DNA of 64,000 bases from Nageia nagi (lineage: Eukaryota > Plantae > Pinophyta): contig JBITNC010000001.1 of assembly GCA_050084985.1 (NCBI GenBank), forward strand, positions 62,744,001-62,808,000. The letters are read 5' to 3'. The position numbers were made by a program, and so were the translations under genes. The notes beneath the pieces are model-generated. The model did not search any database. It was not told where the DNA came from and worked only from the letters and a program-made list of their open reading frames with translations. Below are positions 28,465-40,900 of this stretch, one piece after another; the stretch's first letter is position 1, and each line of letters starts with the position of its first letter.

Positions 28465-30879
28465 GATACAAAGTAGTGGGAGCTACATCTAAACGAATCA
28501 CGAATAGTGAGAGAAAGAAGAAAAAAATAGACGTATGAATGGTAAAAACTATATCAAAGCATTGAATAGAATAAAAATTAATGTAATGAAATAAGAATAT
28601 AAATTAAAAGTAGTAATTCCTATCTACCTTAAGAAGAGATAGGTGATAGATCAAGGAAGAGTGACAAGGAACAGAACTATGAGGAATATTAAAGAGTAGA
28701 GGATGATGAACTAATAGATTTAAAGGAGCTCTCAAATGCTATTATCTACAAAATGAGAGGAAGGAGGCCAAATAGGGAAGATATAATGGAATTTGCAAAA
28801 TGCATACTTTGATGTTGATGGTGAGTTTAAGTTCATACTTATACCTTGTAATATACTCATTTTTTTCAAGATATTGATGATAAAAATGGGTTTTAAAAGA
28901 GGAGAAAAACAATTTTTTTAGCCAAGGAGAAATTTATATGAGAAAATGGGATTGAAACTTCAATCCATTCACTAAAAAACATACAAACTACCCAATTTGG
29001 ATTAGTTATTATGCCTTTCCAATAGTGTTTTAGAAAAATAAAACCTTAAGAAAGAATTGAAATATCATTTAAGAGTTATAAGGCAATGATTTAGTATACA
29101 ATAAAAAAAACTTGAGATCCAAGGAGAATCTCTCCAAGAAAAGAATATATATTTGGTTGAATATAAATGCTAGAAAATAATTTTGTTGGATTTAAATTAA
29201 TGTGGGAGAAGTATATGGATGATCCTAATTTTACTACAATCAACCATGCTTATGAAGATCATTGAGTGATTGGGAGCATTGTTGCACATTCTCCCATTGC
29301 TTTACGTTTATGGATGGAATTTTACTTTATAAGTATATTTATCAATGAAAAGATTTCAAATTTTGAAACACAATTTTGACATATTTTAAAAAGGATACAA
29401 AGAGCCAAAAAAATATTAGAGCATAAATTGTTATGGTAAATTTACAAAATGTTATTATAATATTTTGTTGTTGTCAACTATTTTCACTATTATATGATGA
29501 AGGTTATTATTATATGATGAAGGTTATTATTACGTGATGAAGATTATTATAGCCCAAAATAGCATTGCTATGTTTTTATAAACTTTGTATAACCATTAAC
29601 TTATGTAGAGGCTATAATAAAATGTTGTAAATTAGAGTAACTTTGTTGATTTTATGAGTCCTCACCTTTTCATTGTGCTAAATTAAAAGATTATGACCCA
29701 ACACTTCCTTATACTTTATCAAAAACATGACTCCACATATTTTACTCATCCTTTCTTATAAAAGCAATAGAATATCATTTATTGTAGTACATGTTTTCCT
29801 CCTTTCTATGAGAATCATACAAATGGGTGCAATTATTTTAATTGGTATATTTAAGATATATATTTTACATTTTATTTAAGTTACCTTTTATCTTAAGTGT
29901 TCCTTAGAATTATAAAAAATATAGTTTATATTTCTTTATATTATTATGTCTACTCACTTTTGTAAGATCACATCATCCACAAATAATTTAGAGTTATTGT
30001 ATTCAAGCTCCCACATTATTTTACCCCATGGATTAAATTTTTAATTATATCTTCTACTAGGTTAATTTCCAAAACTTCAACCTTTATGGTGAAAAGGTAA
30101 TAAAGGTAAAGGTAAATATGATTAACATCCATTGGAGACCAACTGGTCTATGGGATAGACAACTTGCAGTAGGCTATTATATATAGCATGTATGACCCTA
30201 TATAGAAGAAATAGAAGATTGACTATCCTTATGTTAATACCCTGTATACTTTATAAAATTTGGTACTAAACTCATTGACAAAAACTAGCTAAGAGATAGA
30301 TGCAATATACATTTACACATTTTTAAACCAATTACCATAAATATGAACTTTCGATTTATGTTTAACATTATTTTCTATTTTATTAGATCATTTCTTTTAA
30401 TATTAATATCATTTTATTTTTCTTTCTAATAAAAAATGAATTATAAACTTATTTATGATAATTACAACATCAAATATCGAACTTATTTTAATAAAACCTC
30501 TAATATTTTTAAAATAATTTGAATAAGTAAAAAGTATAATTAATTTGCTATAGTTCTCAAATTTTAAATTAGAAAATAATAAGTAAACTATCCAAGGTAA
30601 TTCTTTTATTCATTTGAAAGAACACTCTTATGTTGATTATGAACGTATAGCCTTTTCTATGATTAAGAACTTTGTGACCTTATCTTCATTTATGATTATT
30701 GACATAAATTACTTCTATGGACCAAATCATATATATTAGGCAGCATTTCGAAGCAGCTACACAACCTGAAATGTCCATGGTAGACATCAAACAAGATATT
30801 AGTAAAGATAAAAGAGGAAAGAGAGAAACAGAAGAATACCTCCGCGAGAAGGTATTAGTGAACGCTTGCAAGGTAAACT

Positions 30880-31023
30880 ATGGCCGTACGACGTGGCTTT
30901 CTCGTGCTCTACCTCATCCTTTTTTGGCCATGGCCGAAGTTTCTCAATTTCTACTTTCTGCAATACAGATTTCATTTTAAGGAGTTGAAAAAGGGGAAAG
31001 AGTTGAGAGCGCGTAGGGGTTGA
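30880..31023 (+). CDS. Candidate 47-aa ORF with signal-peptide-like N-terminus (MAVRRGFLVLYLILFWPWPKFLNFYFLQYRFHFKELKKGKELRARRG)
   Basis: Manual translation; same length at 58482-58625, truncated in units 1, 2 and 4. Confidence 0.25.
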   Translation: MAVRRGFLVLYLILFWPWPKFLNFYFLQYRFHFKELKKGKELRARRG

Positions 31024-32006
31024 GCGCAAACCCATACAAAATGGAACCAAAATGCTGATGTCAGTTTTCCGGGACTGATCTCGGATTGGTTTGTTTCGTT
31101 TCGACTGTGAAACGAGACGTTTCAATTATCATCACGAGTGGATCCTATTTTGAATACTTTAATAATTAACAGTAACTTTTCAATTTATCTTTCTTATTAA
31201 TGAGGGGTAAATTTAATAATTATTCTTTTAGGTCTAACAGATAAAGTGGCTTCTGCAAGCCCTTGAAGGTTTCAAATTTGACCCTAGATTCCAAGTAACT
31301 TATTAATTTAAGTTAAACGATATAAGGTTTGCTGGGCTAATTTTTAAACTTTTACAAGGCAATTTACATTACATTCAGTGCAGATGAAAAAACAACAGTG
31401 CAATTTGCAGTACATTCAGTCTTGTTTAGTTGTTTACCTGTTCCATGCTTAATATCACGGGACAGGTTAATGATCTAGATGAATACATCTTAGCTGTAGT
31501 ATTCACTATTTTCTTATTGTTGAATCGCTCCATGCGAAAATGGTAAAATTTGAGACCCAAACATCATTTAGTATTCATAGTTCAGCTCACATTTATTACT
31601 ATTGTTCAACATCAATCATCATATTGTGTAGCTTAACCCTAATATTAACAGATGAAATTGAAAATCCGAAAAGAACGTTGCATGTCGAAGTTTCTTTATT
31701 ACAGCACCATCAAATATGAGCCAAAGCAGATCACTTGTGTCAGTATATATCACAAATTCCAACCAGAATAAAAAGAGAATTCGAAAAAGGAGCAACCTGT
31801 CTGTTTTTATTATGCTCAGGACTTACATTAGGAATGATGATTAGGTCTATAGACCAAATGATATATATTATGGAGTATTTCCAATCAGAATAAAAAGAGA
31901 ATTCCAAAAAGTAGCAACCTGTCTGTTTTTATTATGCTTAGCACTTACATTAGATAGATAGAAAGCAGACATGACAGGGAAGAGCATATTGGTGTGAGAT
32001 CAAGTT

Positions 32007-32222
32007 TTAGGGATGATTATCAACAACGAGGGGTCTCGGAGGTGGATCACCATGGCAGGGAAGACCGGGAGGAACACGAATATGGCCATTATGGCATATA
32101 GAAAGAATTTTCCTCCCTCCGACTTCAACTCCATCACTCACTGCACTTACGTTTCCATTCCCACTGTTGAGAAGTGCCAAAACAACCACCATTATCGTCA
32201 GTTTGAGCTTAAAATTATCCAT
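32007..32222 (-). CDS. Small secreted two-Cys peptide precursor, 71 aa, copy 3 (A34V)
   Basis: Intact ORF; three substitutions versus copy 1 (two synonymous Leu codons and A34V), none in the last 31 codons. Confidence 0.85.
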   Translation of the reverse strand: MDNFKLKLTIMVVVLALLNSGNGNVSAVSDGVEVGGRKILSICHNGHIRVPPGLPCHGDPPPRPLVVDNHP

Positions 32223-34735
32223 TCTCTTCTGGACCGAACTCAACTTACTTTGTTTTTTAACAAGAAATTCAAACACTGCTGGAATGTAATTCTTTAGTAA
32301 TTGGAAAGTGATATGAGGCCTCATTTTATAATGATACCGCATAGGAATGGTTACGTTGCTGGCGAGCAATAGTAGGGGAAGTGGACAACTCAACTCCATA
32401 CGACTCGTAATATCACTTTTTTCTGGGCAAAGTGTACCGTAACCGTTAAAGAGATGATCAGAAAAGAGATGAGCATGGCAACGTGTACGATAACCGTGAA
32501 ACAGATGAGCTGGTCGTGCGGACGCCGTACACTCATTTGCCTCTTTTGTCACTCCTTTTGAATCGCGTTGTTAGATGTTCCCTACATAGATGGATTCTAA
32601 CTAAAAGCTGACATATTTGAATAAAACACAAAGGAAGCACAACTAGTAACCATCCCGTGCATGCAACTTCAATACACTAAATCAGGACTTGAATTGATAG
32701 GAAGGCAGGATATATTTTGATCATTTCGATTGCGAGCAAAATGGAATCTTATGTAATTCTCTCAATTGCAAATATATTTGATCCAATTGAATTCCTACAT
32801 GGTTGTATGTATTATATGAGATAATTGTAGTTTATGAAATTATGTCGACACATTACATCTTGTGAAACAATCATTGAGCTTTGATGTACCACATTAGCAT
32901 GAATTTTATCGTGCATGTTGAAATGCATGTGACTATAGAAATAATTTATTCGTAGAATTTTCTAACATTATTCATATCAATAAAGATGGCACGATAGCAA
33001 CCATGAACTTTATTCTTATTCTACAAGACTAAATATAGAAAATCGGAATAATTGGCTAAGCGTACATCAAAAAGTAGAGGAAGAAGACAATCAAACACTT
33101 GACATGCATAAAATAAAGTAAATTTTAATGAAGGGGGAGTACTTTCCAAGAAAACATAACATTTCCACAACTTATTCCTTCATTTTTCTATTTTTTTTGA
33201 GATCCACTAGTTTAGCACATGTATCCCTATATAACATGCATTATTACAAATAAATTTTTACATTGTCTTATCAAGAACATATCGTAATGCTATTAAATTT
33301 TTTTCTACATAAGAAAATGTCTCTATGAGGTCATTATAAAGATAATGTTTAAGGAATGTATTATCTCCATGTATGACTGACTGTATGCAAAATGTGGAAT
33401 AATAAATAAGGACCTCCAATGAGGAATTAGTTCACAAGATGCATGATACAAAGCATTTCATGGTTTGAAATGATTACAATTTTTTATTACATGCAAATGA
33501 AATTTCTTAAAGAATCACTTTTAAAAAAATTAAAATGGAACATAAAATATGATATACATGTATGCAAAATGTAGAAGATGCATGATGTAGATAAAGTTTC
33601 TTGCACTGCAATGTGGAAGATGCATTACACTTTTAATAGTAACCAATCAAAGTGTTATAAGGTTGCAAAAGCATGCTCGTAATACTTAGCCAAACATAGA
33701 AAAACATACTTATAATGTAAATAAAATTATCAAAAATTAATCCAAAAGCATCTTGTAATACTTATGCAAATACAGGAAAATATGTGTGTAATACTTATCC
33801 TAGTTATATCAATAATACCACAATTAAGATCAAAAATTAAATATTTTATATTAAAATGATTCAAGTATGCTATATAATTCTAATTATTGCTCAAATAATT
33901 TATATATGCTCTAGAATACTACTATCACAACATTTAATTCACAAGTAGCAAGTAGACACATGCACATAATAAAGAGGCACTATTTGAAAAATTGAAATAG
34001 AACATAAATCCCGATCGATATGTATTTAAAATGTAGAATATGTATGATGTATACATAATTTCATGGAGTGCAATGTGGAAGATGCATTATGTAGATACAA
34101 TTTCATGGGCCTTGGGTATTATTCTTCCATATTTTCCAAGTTTCTTTAGAAGGCACTTGGAATATTTTTGGTATTTTGAGTTTTTCAAGTTTTCCAATTG
34201 AGAGTTTAAAGGAGAGAAAGAAGCATTTTGTAAGCAAGAAAAATATTAGCAAAGATTCATTATACATGTACAAAATTTATATATCTTGAAAAATAATTTG
34301 GCTATTTTTTGGGATCCACATTTTTATCTATTGGCTAAATATTTATGAAAAATGTGTTAAAAAAGGTACTTTAGCCAAAGTTAAAAATTAAATATAATAT
34401 TATGGCCATTTCTAAATACAATATTTCATCTATTTAGCTTAGAAATTATAATCGATCTCATTTATTCTAAATTAATCATCTCTATTACCCCATATATAAG
34501 CTAAATATTTTGTGAGATATGATATTTTTACAAGCCACTCGATCTAAAGTCTACAAGGTGCATTATTAACTTTTGAATATAATAATATAGTATTTTAGAT
34601 AATTAGGAATATTCATCATAATGATAGAACCACAAGCTATGTAAGGTTGTGAAATAATCTAGTTTTAAAATATTCTACTCTCTTCAACAAATACCTTGTC
34701 TAAGCAGCCTTGTCCCTCAATTCATATTGATTACA

Positions 34736-34905
34736 CCATGTCGATTAAGTTATGTCTTTTAGTCCATGTCAATCGACCCATACTAATCAAGCTATATAAA
34801 TTAGGCCATGTAGATTAGGCCATATTGATAAGGTCATGTTGTTTAAGCCATGTCGATAAAGCCCTATTGTTTAAGCCATATCAATTAAACCCTATCTATC
34901 AAACC
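34736..34905. repeat. 14-bp degenerate minisatellite (~GCCATGTCGATTAA), ~12 units
   Basis: gccatgtagattag/gccatattgataag/gtcatgttgtttaa/gccatgtcgataaa etc. Confidence 0.75.
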
Positions 34906-34952
34906 TTATCATCCCATTCTACATAATACCCATATACACATTCATGGTATGA

Positions 34953-35346
34953 TACATATTTATCTTGTTATTCATATCTTTCACTAATGAAATTGTATAA
35001 ATAATAACCTCCACTTGATTATCAAATAAACTATCCTTCTCAACCCTGTATATTTAGACTAGAAAAACTTTGTGACGTCAAAGAGTTGAAATACTTTATA
35101 GCTTCAAGCTTTGTAAAAAGCCCTTATCATCAAGGCCATATCATCCATTTTATTTATCTAATGCCTTTAATCCCTATTGATTTAGCCTTATCGATCAAGC
35201 ATTATCATCCCATATGTGATTCTGCCTAAGACTCATATAGGATGGGCTTGGTACATATATGTATTGCTATTAATATCTTTAACTAATGAAGTTGTAACAA
35301 TAATAACCTCCACTTGATTATCAAATAAATCATCCTTCTTAACCCT
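34953..35346. repeat. Direct repeat (~95 bp core, period ~300 bp)
   Basis: ACTAATGAA.TTGTA..AATAATAACCTCCACTTGATTATCAAATAAA at ~34983 and ~35282. Confidence 0.75.
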
Positions 35347-38300
35347 ATATTTTTTGTTGCTTTTGTAGCTTTAATATTTACAAAGGTCTTTCCTTGGTTG
35401 ATCAAATACAAAATATGTGTAATAAGACTTTGTCATCTAGACCACGTCTTCCTTTTCATTCTTCCCATATAAAAATATATATCCTAATTTGTCCTTATAT
35501 TTTTTTCTAGTGATATTTTGCTACTTGGTAACTACATTATATCCTCCTTCATATAGTTTTTTAAATTATTTATGCCCACTTTTAGGAAATAGTATCTTGT
35601 GAGGATGAAGTTCCATACCCTATTATAAATGTTTTATCACACGATAGTCATATGGCTTTATACAATTCAAATATCATACACTATAAGGACTTTTTAGATG
35701 TTTTCCTTTTTATTTTAAACGAGTCATAAACTTTAGATGTTGATCTTCAAAAGGATCTCCTACCTTCTTTTATTTTCTTTTATGTCTTCCTTATTTTAAA
35801 TATTTTAAGGATTTTATTATGGTCTTTCTTATTTACTTTGATGAGAGACCATATTCTCCTAATATTATTACCTAGAAGCCTTTGCTTCACTTGTCTAGCA
35901 TTAGGAATATTTTGAAACTCTCTCACATGTATATTCTATTAGATTCTCTTAAGGATATACCAATAACTATTTTTAAGCTTCTTTTTGTACCTTTCTTACT
36001 ACTTCCATGGTTATTTTCTTTATGAAATAAGATATTGGATTTTCTACACTTCTAGGTCTATTGTTGGCATTTTCACTTCAACATGATTTACAAATTCATT
36101 CATTATCACAAGAACCATAATTAATTTTATGCCCTCGTCACACTTTCTTGGAATAAAAATATTTATGATGTACACCTCATAGCTACTTTATTTCATGTAG
36201 GAGTAATTTAGTTCTAGGATTAGGTAACTTGATCATTTGAAAATATCACATGGATTATATTCATGATCATCATAATAGAATTTTTAGTAACATAAAATTA
36301 ATATAGTATTTCAAGTATAACCTGACATCATCTCAAAATAGGATTAAGCAAAAATAAATTCACCATTGTTCTTAATTTTAATTACTAATAGGTGATATGA
36401 GTTTCCCTTTTCTAAGATCTTGTAAGAAAATATTCCTTCAACAAAATGGTAATCAAAATTTATCACAAAAGTTCTAAATATCTTTTTATGTTATATAGGG
36501 GATTAGAAAAGTTGGTTATAAATTGGAATTACCACCAAATTCTAAGGTTTATGTATTATTCTATTTGTTTTATCTTAAATAAGTATTAGTAAAATAGACT
36601 ACAGCTCCAACCATACTTCCTAAATTTAATGAATAAGGACTCCACCACCCTTATTGGTGAGGGGAATTCAAGTTAAAAGTTATAATAATTTTTTATTTCA
36701 CCACTCTTTTTCAATTCAAACAAATCTTTTTTAATGTTCTATTAACTCAAGAGAGGTCATAAGTATCGATATCCACTTGATATATGAGCCCCAAATGGAT
36801 TCATATTTTGAATAAAATTTAATGAGATAGTGTGATGAATCAAAATTGGCTAGTCCTCTCTATGCAAGGAGGGAGAAGGACCAAGGTTACATTACCAATG
36901 CTAGGGGAGAATTTATCTATTTACAAATGATGAAGAATGTATGTTATACCTACAAGAAGATAAATGCCAATGGGGACCTCAAAACTCTAGTCCCTTAAGA
37001 CCTTAGAGTGCACTCAAAGACAGGTGTTGAACCTCCTTGATGGAATGTAGGCCCCCTATCCCATAATCAATATTTAGGCACTAGAAAGTAAGGGAATGTC
37101 TATAATATAAAGCGATATGCTCATGGTATGCTAAGATAATGATAAAGTGATAAAAAGAAGCTAAACTACCATGAATACAACCTAGTAACAAAGGATACAA
37201 GTGTTCTATTTCTCCAAGATAGCTTCTAATGCTCTCCAACACTTGAAAGTATGATCAAACCATATAAAATGAGTGCTAGAGGATATCATGGCTTGGGTTC
37301 TTGCTCAAGGGTTCAGATGGATGGAGGATGGGGAGGTTGGTAATCACTAGGGTTCAAGATAAAAATAAGTAAGAAAAGGAAATCAAAATTCAAATTCTAC
37401 CTTATAGATTAGACACATACTAGTAGGTTGTTGACCTAGTTAGTTAGCCACCTAGAGGCTAATTAGTTAACTGACCAAAGTAAAATATCATAATCATTTT
37501 GGTGCCCAACAAGTGCCCTGTTTTGAGGCAAGTATCATGAGATATTGCACTCAAATCAAAAGATAGCAAGGAAAGTGAAAATGATAAAAATATGAAAAAT
37601 AAAATAAGAAAGGATAAAATGATGAGATGATGAAATGATAAAATGATAATGATCAATGGTTAATGATATTTTATTGGCACACAAGGGAATTCAAAGGTAC
37701 ATAAACCTACAACATGCTTAAGTTATGTTAAATTATCATGGTGGGAGATATTTAAGGATAAATTTTTCTCTTGCTAAATGGAAAGCAAAGAAAAAAAAAT
37801 CATAACAACAACAACCTTATTTCAAAATAATAAATAGTGATGACCTTACCCCATGTTAAATACAAAGCAAGGTTTGTTGAGGATAAGTCTTGCCTCATAC
37901 TCAATGGAAACCAAGATATGCTAACTATTATCAAAGTGATAGTTTGTGCAACATTTTAAGATGCAACAAGACAACATGATCATATTAAGTGTTCCTATGG
38001 CTATAACAGCTCATGATGTCAACACTATCATATCATAACTAGTTAGTACCATAAAAAAGGATAAAATATAAAACACCTAGGTATGTATAGCTATAACACC
38101 TCATAGTTCCATTATTATTATTTATAACCAATCAACAACATAAAAAAGGATATAATACAAGTGACACAATCATGTCGAGGGTACCTATGGCTATAACACC
38201 CCATAGTGTTAACACTATCTTATCATAATAAGTGGTATCATCAGATAGGAAAAGGCTAATATGATATAACTAATACAATTATATCAAGGTTACCTATGTA

Positions 38301-38374
38301 TATAATACCTTTTGATGCCAACATTATTGTCTCATAACTAGTTGGTACAATAAAAAGATAGAAGAAATAAGAAA

Positions 38375-38656
38375 ATAAATTATCTCTACTTTGCCCCAAT
38401 AGTTCAAAGGTGAAAAGAAAAGTAAAATGATTATTGGTTTTCCTCAATAGTTGAAAGGTAAAAATAAAATAAAAATGATCTCTACATTACCCCAATAGTT
38501 GGGTAAAAATAAAGATAAGATGATCTCTTCTTTCCCCAATAGTCGAAGGGAAAAAAGAAAATAAAAATGATCTTTACCTTTCCCTAGAAGTCAAAGGGTA
38601 AAAGGAAAGGTAAAATGATCTCTACTTTTCCTTAGTATTACAAGGATAAAATGATC
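38375..38656. repeat. ~47-bp tandem repeat, ~6 units
   Basis: AAAATGATCTCTACTTTCCCCAATAGTTGAAGGGTAAAAAGAAAAT-like units. Confidence 0.8.
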
Positions 38657-40399
38657 ATGCATAGGCTCATAGACCTACCAAGAATTCAACCATAGCATGC
38701 AGGCACGTAATGCCTAAACAAATAGGATAAAGATTCTCAAAAGGATAACCTTACCCCATTCTCAATTAAACATAGATAAAGGAAGAATAAATGGTACAAG
38801 ATAAGGTTACCCCATGCTCAATGGAAAGAAAAGAGAGAAATTATCAAAGTGATAAGGATAAATATCATGACATATGATAAGATATTCAAATGATAAGATG
38901 CAAATTTAATATTAGCAACAACTTAATATAGATGATATCTTAAGCTTAAATAAAAGAAAACAAGGTGATGGCAATAAAACATCATAAATTCATTGATAAG
39001 ATGCTCATTAATCATGATATAGAAGATCAAATACCAATGATATGATATGATATAATGCATGAAGATTTGATTAATGATGATATAATAAAAAATGATAAAT
39101 GATAATTTAAGATAAAAAGGTGTTAACTCAATGATTAACTAGTGATGATACATGAGAAAATAGATTCATCCATATCAAATCCATTATCACATGCTCTACA
39201 AGACTAAATATCCCTCAAAAACCATGATAGTTAATAATATATGATCAATCCAACGGGATGATTCAAGGAAACTTGATATGTATGATTATGATCTAAGTGG
39301 TTATATCCTCATCAGGAAATGAGGCCCATGGGAAGAGATAATGATATTAAACCAAATGAACCTCAAGGATATGTGCCTATAATGACACAATTGATATGTT
39401 AAGATAATAGGCATACTTCATGAAAGTGGTGAAGGATAATTATGAGAGGATAATAATCACAACAACAATAATGATGAGGAGAGGGAAGGCATAAGAAAAT
39501 AAAATATGATATGAAAAAAGATGGTAGGATGATATGGTAGTGGGATGAGGATGCATGCCACATGAGGAGGATACAATGCTAGTGCTAATGATAAGTGATG
39601 ATAAAACAAAGATATGGTGATGGTGGGAGATGAATTATTATTATCTTACCTCAAATTCTCTAGTATTGGATGATCATAAAGGAGTAGGCTCTAGTATTGA
39701 ATCTCTAGATTATAAGATTAATAAACATGATTAATTATAAATGGATGTAATTATAATATGATGATAAGATATGATAGCACTTAAGATGAAACAATCATGA
39801 AGAAATCAAGGAGAAGGTCCATATTCAATGTCTCAACCAACAAAGGTACCATAAGAGGATGGAGGTTCTACCTCATGGTAATCCTACTCACATGATGCAA
39901 GACTTTGATAATGATTAGGAAAATGATTTTTAAAAATCCCTAAATGGTGATTAGGTGGTACAATTGGTACTCCTATTGATACTCAAACATCATTTATAAT
40001 ATCCTAAATATCATGATTTAATCATATGCATCCATTGGTGTTGTTTCCACTATTTCTAGGAAAGTCATAAAACTTGCTTGCAATATACCAAGATTTTATT
40101 GATACTAGTAGATTTTCTTTGATTGGGGGAAAAGTTAAAATATTTGTTTGTAATAAATAAGGTAAGATATTTGATAATGACCCCCTAAAAGGATTAAATA
40201 TTCTTCTTTTCTCTTGATTAAGGGTTTTCTATTGCTCACACATGGTTGGTTGCTCCAAATGTAATTGATTAATTTCATAAGAGTGTTGACTTGATGGTTG
40301 CTTTTGATATGCTTGAGAATGTTTATTACACTTTTGATTTTGATCATGATACTTCTTGAATAATTTGATTTCACTTGATTATATCTTGAATTCCTCAAT

Positions 40400-40900
40400 G
40401 AGATTTACTTACGATAATGCTTCCTCAAAAGATTTATATTGTTTGATTTGCAAGGTGGAAGATATTCTCTTGTTAAACTTCTTACAAAAGATTCTAACAT
40501 GTTCCTCTTATGGAAAGGTATATAAGAAATATGTTGCAATTGATCTTCATCTTACAATATAATCATTGATAGACTCATATCCATATTAACATATGTTTAT
40601 TAAATCTATGATAGATGATCATTTCCTTATGTTGATGGTAAAATGGTCTAAGAAGAGATTTGCTAGTTTTTCAAAGGAATAGATGCTATGTTGGGGTATG
40701 TTGTTGTACAATCCAACACTTTGCTTGCTAAAGTTTTTGGAAATATCGTAAACATAGGGATATCATCGATTCTTATGAGATAGTAGGAATACTTGAATTG
40801 CCTCTAGTGCTCTCTTGTTAATTCTTTCCCTTTGAACTTCGCAATTTGAGGAACATCAAACTTATAGAAAAATAGCTTTATTGGAACCAAAGGGTTGATA
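40400..40900 (-). pseudogene. Retrotransposon gag remnant
   Basis: Minus-strand translation across stops and frameshifts: KFDVPQIAKFKGKE..REH.RQF..IFPKTLASKVLD.YNNIPQHSIYSFEKLANLFLDHFTIN. Confidence 0.7.

Noticed and set aside
36050-36640. Additional retroelement fragments (e.g. GYKLELPPNSKV at ~36513)
   Set aside because: Too decayed to delimit or classify.
38375-38656. CRISPR-like periodic repeats (also the 14- and 15-bp arrays)
   Set aside because: No unique spacers and no cas genes; plant retroelement context.
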